Assembly (NCBI GenBank): GCA_025558095.1
Contig: JAIVFI010000042.1
Span: 124,001-188,000 of the forward strand
Direction: 5' to 3'
Source: Hyaloraphidium curvatum SAG 235-1
Lineage: Eukaryota; Fungi; Monoblepharomycota
Length of the DNA: 64,000 bases
In this document: positions 56,100 to 64,000 of the stretch, piece after piece
How the letters are laid out: every line of letters begins with the position of its first letter
Numbering within the stretch: position 1 is the first letter of the stretch
Made by a program: the position numbers and the translations under genes
The notes under the pieces: generated by a model
What the model saw: only the letters and a program-made list of their open reading frames with translations
Databases searched by the model: none
Told to the model about the DNA's origin: nothing

Positions 56100-58340
56100 C
56101 ACGAGGTGAGGAAGGCTAGCGGAGGCGCTTCCCTTCCATCGCGAGGCCGGACGTGCACTCGTGCGAGGTCCTTGTACGTTGTGGCGGCTTCTGCTGTTGC
56201 CGGACTCAGCTTACATGTGCCCAGGAAGGAGCCCCAGCACACCCCGTACCGCGTCCGCGTGCACCAACGCGAGCGCGAGATCGTCAAGCTCGAGCCTTAT
56301 CAGCATTGCGAGGACGGCCTGCTCCTCGGCCTCGCTGTTTCCACGCACATCCAACACGGCACCCGTGAGGAGGTCGAGCAGGGGCAGGGGTAAAGTTCCG
56401 AACCTTGCCGTGACGATCGCGGCGGCCCGCGCCATGGCGGAGAGGTCGACGTGCGCCGTTGTAGATTCCTCGTCCCTGCTGTAGAAGGCATACGTAAACC
56501 GCTATTACATCGATCGACGATGCGTTCGGAACGACGTACTCATCCGCGGTGGCTTCTCCCTCGCTCTCCTCATCGGACTCGTATCCCCTCCCGTCCCCTT
56601 CGACGTCCGTGTCCTCTGTGTCAGCAGGCTCCGTTGGCACGGCCTCGTACATCTGCATCGCTGCGGTTTCGTGGTTGAGGGCGGCTCCGGCCACGCCTGC
56701 CGCTTCCGTTCCTTCGGGGACTTCGAGGTCCGCGCCGGCGCCAGCCACCTCCACACCTCCTCCAACACCCTGCCAAAGGTAAAATAAGCCACTCTCATCG
56801 CAAGTGGCCGGCAGGGAGCTCACCGTCGCGGGAGCGGGACGAACGAGCGGCGATGACTGTGCCATCGCGGATGCCAACGACGCCGAGCGCGGCCGCGGTG
56901 CCTCCGACTAAAGGAGAAGTGATGCAGTAGGCAGGCTGTTGATTTCGGCTGCGAGTGGTCCGTGCTCGAGGCACTGAAGGCGAGGGGCCGAAGAGTGAGC
57001 ACGTGACGAAACCGTGGCGCAAGACGCCGCTGCCGCCATCATCTCGTGCGCTCCTGGGCCTCCATCAAGAGAAACATAGATCCCACGAGCCGCAATCTTT
57101 TTCGGCCTATTGCGAAGACTACCTTTTGACGGCTCCTGTGATGGCCAAGGGCTTGAAGGGGATCGAGTGGACCGTGGACGCCGACAACAGGGGTGAACGA
57201 AATTCCACTGGGACCGAGAGTGACACGCATACCGCCAATTGTAGCCCTCACGGCGGCAGCGCTGGTGCGATCCAATTCGGATGATTGTGTTGGTGCAGAC
57301 AACCCGGAACGAGGAAATGCAGGAGTCAGCAGGAGTAACGCAAGTCCATTCCTCCCATCCGCAAGTCAGAAATGCGTTGGCGCTAGTTCCTTCAGGTTTG
57401 GACGGTCTCCCGACTTCCAGCCCTCCCATCCATGTCCTTGGGGATGAGCAGCGCACCTCTCACTGCATCCGCCTCCTCCAGCGCGAGCGCGAGATCGTCC
57501 AGGTCGCAATCCCGCAGAGTCTTGAGGACGGCCCACTCCTCGGCTTCAGCGTTCCCATGTAGATCGAGCACAGCGCCAGCAAGAACGGAGGGGATGGACA
57601 CTGGGACGATGCCGACTCCGAAGTAGTCGATGATGATGGAGGTGGCCCGGGCCATGGCCGTGCGTTTGTCAAGCGTCATTCCGGCTTCGTAGTTCTCTCT
57701 GTGGGCACACTAGGTGAGCCAGCAAATTGATTGGGGCGTTCGGAACGTACTCATCCGCGGTGGCTTCTCCGTCGGACTCGCTCTCCTCATCAGAATCCGA
57801 TTCCTCCTCGGCCTCTTCGACTTCCGTGTCCTCTGCGTCGGCAGGCTCCATTGGGACTCCCTCATTTATCGGCATCGGGGTGGTGAAGCTGCCTGCTCCA
57901 TCCGCGCCCTGCGCCGACGACTGGCCCGCGGCGTCGGAGCCCACGGGACCACCAGGCGCCTCTTGCACTCCTTCCGCGCCATCCTTTGAATTAGAAAATG
58001 AACTCCATAGCGTTGAGGGACGGCAAGAGGGCTCCCACCATCTCCCCTCTTCCCCTTCCCTCCTCTCCCCCTTCTCCCCCGAGCGCGGCGAGCACCACCC
58101 GCTCCTTGGCTCCCGGGTTGCCGAGCCGTTCGGCGTCGACGAGGTTCAGGCCCGACCTGAGGGCTTCGAACAGGGGCGCGAAGTACCTGGGTGCGACGTT
58201 CCGCTCGAGGATCTCGGAGGCGCGGGCGAGGGCTGCGAGGCTGGCGCCGGTCGAGGCGGTAAGGTCATCATTTTCTTCGCCGTAGGGCCTAATGAGCTCG
58301 GAGGCCGGCTTTCGGAGCGGGGACGGACATACGTGTCGTC
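56100..58340 (-). repeat. Tandemly duplicated exon-intron-exon module (acidic segment + small helical domain), 2 clear copies and 1 diverged; hypothetical protein(s)
   Basis: 56245-56650 and 57455-57860 are similar at the DNA level (e.g. gcgagcgcgagatcgtc, gtactcatccgcggtggcttctcc) and encode 'EP(A)D.ED...ESEGEATADE|...MARA..I...GAVLD..GN.EAEE.AVL..L...LDDLALAL..ADAVRG'. A weaker copy 'LARASEIL...GNPGAKERVVLAAL' lies at about 58085-58245. Confidence 0.7.
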
Positions 58341-58361
58341 CGTCGAGGGTTCAACCTGGCG

Positions 58362-59306
58362 ATGGACACGAAGGACCGCCACGTGTCGGGCATGGGCGGG
58401 TGCTTGATGGGCTTTGGCATTCCGCAGGACTGCTACGAGCCGATGAAGGCGTTCCATACGCGTTTCTGGCCCCTGCTAAGTTGCTGTCTATTCGCCCTTT
58501 GGCAGTGCGCATCGATCTCGCGGCCCGTCAGAAAGCGGCTGGCCTTGGATCCAGCCTTCTTGGACGCTCTTGGCGTGCTTCCCCTGCACGACTTTGACCT
58601 CCTGACACTCCTCGTTTTAGCCAACGGCGACGTGCCGCCTCCTGCGTCGAGCGGCCGGGAATCCGTGCGGCCGCATCCCGACGACGGACCCCTCTTCACC
58701 CCCGGCGAGCCCATGGTCCGCATCTCGGGCCGTGTTCTCTTGCACAGCCCCGAAGCCCGCGCCGCCGCCGACCGCGCGCGGCAGGGCTCCTTTTCCGCGT
58801 ACCGCACCCTTCTCGCCTGCCTGCTGGAGGAACACCTCCCGTACGAGGAGCGGATGGACTGGCTCGAGGCGGAAAGGTGCGCCATGTGCATGCCTTCGTG
58901 GCTGCGCTGGTTCTACGACGACCGCTGGGACGGTCGCACGTCCCCGTTCGTGGGGGCGCCCCGGGACGTGCTCGTTCTGGACGCGGAGCTGCGGCAGCTC
59001 GCGGACGCGATCGGCATCGCCGCGGGCGGTAGCAAGCCGCGAGCGCTCCCCTTTGCGGATCCCCTCCCCGGGGCGGGGCCGGACTCGTGCGATGCCTGCG
59101 GCAAGAGCGGTGGGCTGATGCGGTGCGGAAGGTGCCTCGTGGCGCGGTACTGCTCGGCGAGGTGCCAGAAGCGGGCCTGGGGGGAGCTCGGGCACAAGGC
59201 GGGGTGCGTCAAGTCGGAGCTCGAGAGGGCGTCGTTCCTAGACCGGGCGAGCGACGATGAGGCAGGCCACGGGGAAGGTCGGGAGAAAGGTGAAGAGGAT
59301 GCGTAG
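58362..59306 (+). CDS. MYND zinc-finger protein
   Basis: 'CDACGKSGGLMRCGRCLVARYCSARCQKRAWGELGHKAGC' at the C-terminus of a 314-aa ORF. Confidence 0.85.
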   Translation: MDTKDRHVSGMGGCLMGFGIPQDCYEPMKAFHTRFWPLLSCCLFALWQCASISRPVRKRLALDPAFLDALGVLPLHDFDLLTLLVLANGDVPPPASSGRESVRPHPDDGPLFTPGEPMVRISGRVLLHSPEARAAADRARQGSFSAYRTLLACLLEEHLPYEERMDWLEAERCAMCMPSWLRWFYDDRWDGRTSPFVGAPRDVLVLDAELRQLADAIGIAAGGSKPRALPFADPLPGAGPDSCDACGKSGGLMRCGRCLVARYCSARCQKRAWGELGHKAGCVKSELERASFLDRASDDEAGHGEGREKGEEDA

Positions 59307-59431
59307 ACCATGCAGGGATCGATGCCGGGCGGGTTTTCCTGAATAAGATTCGCCGCGCTGGATTGATGACCCTAGGCTTGAGTCGCGATCGAGGAAGCTT
59401 CTCCGTAGTTCACCCAACACGCGCCCTCACC

Positions 59432-60910
59432 ATGTCTGCCGCCGACGGCTCTGCGACCGCGCTCAAATCGCTAAGCTCTGCCGAGCTTCTCGCGACTTTC
59501 CCCTTTCCCGCGCCCTCGGACAACGCAACCGGCTTCCCGCGCTCCCTCGGCTCCGGCGACGAATCCGGACTCGACAAGGGCGACGGCGACCCGGAGCCGG
59601 CTCTCTCGCCAGCAGATGTCATTAACCGGCTGGAGAAGGCGGACCTCGGCGCGCTGGCGGCCATGGTGCGCGCGTGCACCACCGCCGCGTGCAGCCGCGC
59701 CGCCCTCCTCCCCGCCGCTCTCATTGCGACCGTCCTCGAGATTGCAATCGGCGCCATGATGTTTCCGCTGGATGACGGGTCGTTCGGAACCCGGCAGATG
59801 GCCACCGCGTTGGCCTGCCTCGCCGTCCATTTTGGGTTTTCGACGGCCATCATCCTCTACGTCTATCTCGCCTCTGTGGTCTCTCCTGAGCATGCGAAAC
59901 GCTTTGCCGCCAGCCTCGCGCAGACGGTCCGGTGGCTCGAACTATGCGACTCCCCGATCCCATCCAAGCTCGTGGAGCACGTTCCCGGCGACCGCTTTTG
60001 CACCTGCCGCGCGTGCTGCTCCGGGCTCCTCCGCATGGCAGTTTGGGACCGCATCCTGCGCACGAGCATATTCCAGGGGACCGGGACCATCGCCACGATG
60101 ATATGCCTTTGGACCCCCATGGTCCGCTTCGGCCCGGCCTTCTGGTCCACCTGGTACGGCGTACTGCTCGGCACCGTGTTCCTGCTTTCCGTTGTCGTGT
60201 GGAACTTTGTCGCCTTGCTCATACGCTGGACGCGGACCAGCCCCGCGGACGTGCGCCTCCGGACCCGGATCTACCGGCGCGCTAGCGCCCTCGCCCTGCG
60301 GGACCTGCTCGCGCGAGCACGCGCCTCGCTCCTTGACGACAAGCCCGTTGGCGTCCCATTGAACCGCGAACTCTACGTCTCGCTCCATGCCGAGTACGAA
60401 TCACGCTGGCGGGCGGCGCGCAGCGTGGGCGCACTTTCATCCAACGCCTTCACCACCCTCATCACCTTCGTCTCGCCTTTTGTCCTGTTTGCCTGCGCCG
60501 TGGCCAACATCGCCGTGGGATCCTGCATCCCCTTCTGGATCGTCTGCTGGTTCCTCATCAACCTCGGGCTGCTGGTGATCGACCTTGCGCAGCTGCCCGC
60601 GGCCAACGACCAGATCGACGACGTGCTCTCCCTCTACGCGGACGCCAGGACCGCCCTCCAGGCCATGCTCGCTGAGTCCGCGCGGCTGCCTCCGAGGCCC
60701 GCCGCCCGGGAGCTGAGGGAGCACCTCGGCCTGCTGACCTCCCTCTGTTCTGCGGACAACCTGCGTGCGACCTTCGTGGGGATCGTGGTGACGTGGGGGC
60801 TGGCAAAGACGGTGCTGGTCACGGCGGTGACCGTGGCAGTGGCGCTGTGGAGCGTGCTCAGGGGGGCGGGGGTGTCCTTCACGATCGAGACGGCATGTCC
60901 AAGCTTTTGA
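59432..60910 (+). CDS. 7-TM membrane protein family paralog 3 (intronless), possible GRL/7TMIC fold
   Basis: Seven hydrophobic segments, 'VRWLEL...HVPGDRFCTCRACCSG', 'LWTP', and C-terminal 'ATFVGIVVTWG...LWSVLRGAGVSFTIETACPSF'. Confidence 0.87.
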   Translation: MSAADGSATALKSLSSAELLATFPFPAPSDNATGFPRSLGSGDESGLDKGDGDPEPALSPADVINRLEKADLGALAAMVRACTTAACSRAALLPAALIATVLEIAIGAMMFPLDDGSFGTRQMATALACLAVHFGFSTAIILYVYLASVVSPEHAKRFAASLAQTVRWLELCDSPIPSKLVEHVPGDRFCTCRACCSGLLRMAVWDRILRTSIFQGTGTIATMICLWTPMVRFGPAFWSTWYGVLLGTVFLLSVVVWNFVALLIRWTRTSPADVRLRTRIYRRASALALRDLLARARASLLDDKPVGVPLNRELYVSLHAEYESRWRAARSVGALSSNAFTTLITFVSPFVLFACAVANIAVGSCIPFWIVCWFLINLGLLVIDLAQLPAANDQIDDVLSLYADARTALQAMLAESARLPPRPAARELREHLGLLTSLCSADNLRATFVGIVVTWGLAKTVLVTAVTVAVALWSVLRGAGVSFTIETACPSF

Positions 60911-61230
60911 CTCGCGTGGAGAGTGTCATGTTGAATCTATCCTACTTCCGTTAGCGACCCCTGTAGGTGACCCGTCCTGTCCAATCGCACCTCAGCACGT
61001 GATGTGGGCCCGGGGGACATTGGCTGTTTAAATTTCGAGGAATCCGAGCTCGCGCGGCCGCATCCAGCATTATGGATGATCGACTGAGCTACCTGACCCC
61101 CAGTTCGGTCGTTGGAGGCGGGGATCGAGCACGGATCGCCCGGCGAAACTTTCGAATCACCCGCGGTGGTGGTGGGGCGGAAACGCAAGGGGTTCGCCTC
61201 CGCTGTGCCACGCCGGAAACCGGAACGGAC

Positions 61231-63476
61231 ATGGAGAGCGAGGGGGCCCCGGCGTCGGGACCAACGTTACCCGGGACGAGCGCCCTCGAGCGCCTGCCGC
61301 TGCCGGTGCTGCAGGCGGTGCTCGATGCGGCCGGTTCGCCTGCGGTGTTCCGGGCCTCGTCGGCCCTGCGCGCGCTGTTCAGGCGGCCTCTGCGCCACGG
61401 CGAGAGTGTTGCCCTGCTGCGAGGCGCCAGCGAGGGGGACTTTGCCGGCAGCCCGCTGGCTGACAGCGTGCGATTGCAGTTTTTCCGGGCGAAGCTGCTG
61501 CGGGGACTCGCGGGGCAGGACTCGGACACCGACGCCGCGCTCGCCTCCCTGGAGCGCCACCCGTGGTTCGACGAATATGTGGCCGCGCAATTGGCGAGGT
61601 GTCCGCTGCCGGACGCTGCGTGGTCGCTGCTGTTTGTTTACGGCGTCAGGCGCGAGCGGGAGGTCAGGCTGAGGGAAGCTGGCGCGGACACGTCGGGGCC
61701 TCAGATCTCCTACCCCGGAGAGGCCAATGAGGCGCAGGATGACACTACGGACGCCGGGGACGACAACGAATCGGACGATGGCCAGGCGGAAGCGGCAGAA
61801 GGGGTGCAGGCGGACGGGGAAGCGGAAAACGACAGCACCCCGCCCACCCTCGGCCCGCGCCTGCGCAACATCGTCCTCGGCGCCCTGGTCGAGCGCTTTC
61901 CGCCGCCAGCCGACCACTGCTGCTGCCACGGCGACTGCGACCTGACCAACGAGCTCGGCGAGCGCGAAAAATGGACCCTCGCCGACGCGCTGCTTGTCGG
62001 CGCCACGCTCGGCGACGCGGGAGTGGTGGCCGAGGCCATCGCGCGTGGGGCGCCGTGGTGCGCCAGACTGGGGGAGATGGCGGTTTCGGCGGCGGTGCTG
62101 GCGGACCACAAGGGGGCAGGTGCGTTGGTGACCCAGCGACCGAACATGGGACCGTTTTCTCAACTCCCTTTGCAGCCGACTTGGTGCTCGACCACCGCGC
62201 CCGGCACCACAGGCGGCACGCGGAATCCCCCGCTCCACCGCCCCCGACGGATCCCGTCCTCCTCGCCTGCGAGCTCGATCGCCACCGCATCCTTCCCTCC
62301 CTCCTCGACCAGTACCCTGCTGGTCCCGAGGCACCCGCCGACGGCCCCGCCGACATCTTCTCCGAGGAACCCGATGAGGAGGAACCCTTGCCGACCACCT
62401 ACTTCGACCACGTCGTGCGCAACCACTCCAAGCGCCGGCCGCCCAAAGCCACCCCCCGCCCGCGTCCCGCACCCCTCCTCGCCGCCAGCCGCCGCGGGCA
62501 CGACCAATCTGTACGCGCGCTGCTCCTCCACCCCTCTTGGGACCCCGACGACCCCCCGTCGGGCACGACGCTCCCCTTGCTGTACGCCGTTCTCAACGAC
62601 CACCGCGCCACCGTGCGCGCCCTCCTCGCTTCGGACGCCCCGGCGCACCTCCCCTACCCGTACCCCTTCTCGGCGCTCCCCCTCCTCCTCGGTGTGCTCG
62701 CGGGCTCCCGCGGCGCAGTCCTCGCGCTGCTCCCCGCGCAGCCCCGCGAGGCCGGGGACCCCGTCGCGCAGGGCGATTTCCTCCTCCTGCGCCTCGCGGC
62801 GTATTTTGGCGATGCGGGAACGGCGGATGCGCTGCTGGCTTGGTCACGGGCTGCAGGGAGGGAGGTCAGATGGGAGGAGGTGGCAGCTGTGGGGACGCGG
62901 TTCGGACTGGGGGGCATGGTGAGGTGGGCGGCGGCGCGGATGCGGCGCGAGGTCGAGAGCGGGCGGACGTCCGCGCGGGGAGGCAAGGGCAGGGAACGCG
63001 GTTGGATGGGACGCGCGGCGGACGCGGTGCAGGGGGTCGTGGGGGCGGCGGCCGACTTTTTCGGCCTGTCGTACCGCGTCCGCCTCGCGGCCTACCGGGC
63101 GCGCGTGGCGGAAGAGCTCGGCCCCTTCGCACCCTGCACCGACCCGCTCGGCGTACCGCGCATCTTCGGCTTCGAGGGCCACGGCCTGGCAATTCCCCCT
63201 CTCGACACGGACGCGGACGGCGCCCCGACGGCCTTCGACCCCCGACCCGCGCCGGGCCTCCTTCCCCCGCACCCGGGCCTGCCGCGGCCGATGCGGTTCC
63301 CGCACCTGGGCAGGCTGCTTCGGAACGACGTGGTGTCGGCGGTCTCCTTGTTGGGGAGCATGCTGAGCGTGCAGCAGGAGGGCGATGGGGATGGTGATGC
63401 ATGGGAGTCGGAAGCCGAGGCCGGGGTGCAGGGGCCGGTGGACGAGGCGGACGTGCTGGCCGCAGAGGTGGATTGA
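61231..63476 (+). CDS. F-box-like + ankyrin-repeat protein, 2 exons
   Basis: N-terminal 'LERLPLPVLQAVL...RASSALR'. Intron 62120-62175 joins DHKGA|ADLVLD. Ankyrin repeats PLLAASRRGHDQSVRALL, LLYAVLNDHRATVRALL, LLRLAAYFGDAGTADALL. Confidence 0.75.
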
Positions 63477-63626
63477 GGTCTTTGATTGCTGATGGGAGAT
63501 GCTGCTGGGTAATGCAATGCTGATTGAAAGATCGTTGTGGCGCCTGCCGCCGGAGAGGTCGGCGGCGCCTGCGTATTTGCCACACGGCCATCCGCGACAC
63601 GCCGACTCCGTCTCCCGCGCGCGAAG

Positions 63627-64000
63627 ATGGCCGCCGAAGCAAAGTACAAGTGCGCATGGCCTTGTCGCGCTCTTTCGAGGCACGCTCAATCGAAAGGGTC
63701 CCGCAGCCGCACGGACCGCCTCGTCCCGCTGCCCCCCCACGACCCCGCCGTTCCGTGGCCCTCGCTGGACAGCAACGACTATCCAGCAGGCCCGCTGCCC
63801 GAGGTAACCAACCATGAGCGGCTGAAGAAGGTCCTCGAGCGCATCAGGAATCCGGACCTCGCGAGGCACGGCAAGACGTTTGCGCTGCTGGCGTGCCACA
63901 AGGGGAGGTCCGTTCGCGTCGTGGTGCCGAAGCACGGACCGCCGGAGCTCACTTTGCAATTCGCTAGGCTCGTGCTGGAGGAGTACGGCCCGCCGGAGGA
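63627..64000 (+). CDS. 5' part of a probable beta-lactamase-family serine hydrolase (runs off window)
   Basis: Spliced MAAEA|NRTDRLVPLPPHDPAVPWPS...GKTFALLACHKGR|LVLEEYGP resembles the N-terminus of NylB/AmpC-like hydrolases. The catalytic motif is outside the window. Confidence 0.5.
   Translation, partial: MAAEAKYKCAWPCRALSRHAQSKGSRSRTDRLVPLPPHDPAVPWPSLDSNDYPAGPLPEVTNHERLKKVLERIRNPDLARHGKTFALLACHKGRSVRVVVPKHGPPELTLQFARLVLEEYGPPE

Noticed and set aside
54387-60910. Calling the 7-TM proteins GPCRs or microbial rhodopsins
   Set aside because: No DRY/NPxxY motifs and no typical retinal-binding motif; the loop-length pattern fits N-in topology better.
1-64000. Prokaryotic origin, operons or defence systems suggested by bacterial-like enzymes and high GC
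   Set aside because: Pervasive spliceosomal introns plus eEF3, bZIP, F-box and MYND genes show a eukaryotic (fungal) locus. No repeat-spacer array, integrase or transposase was seen.

Overview
GC-rich eukaryotic genomic DNA with gene-dense layout and many short (about 50-90 nt) GT-AG introns with CTGAC/CTAAT branch points. A complete eEF3 gene, a Na/K-type P2C ATPase, a TKL kinase and a caprin-like gene together point to an early-diverging (zoosporic, chytrid/monoblepharid-like) fungus; this placement is inference. About 28 genes or gene relics were reconstructed by manual splicing. Housekeeping genes: HSP104, eEF3, ABC-F, P-type ATPase, bZIP. Catabolic enzymes with bacterial-looking sequences: flavin amine oxidase, HD-domain protein, aldehyde dehydrogenase, D-aminoacylase, beta-lactamase-family hydrolases. 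Lineage-specific families: MYND, F-box, fungal-TF-like. The most notable signal is three dispersed paralogs of a 7-TM protein whose loop pattern and split last helix resemble the insect odorant/gustatory receptor (7TMIC/GRL) fold; they also carry a conserved His/Cys-rich loop. Also notable: an HTH + DEDDy exonuclease + Ycf45/SpoIIIAA ATPase fusion, and a P2C ATPase with PQGL in place of PEGL. No rRNA, tRNA, CRISPR array or transposon was recognised. Exon boundaries are manual estimates.
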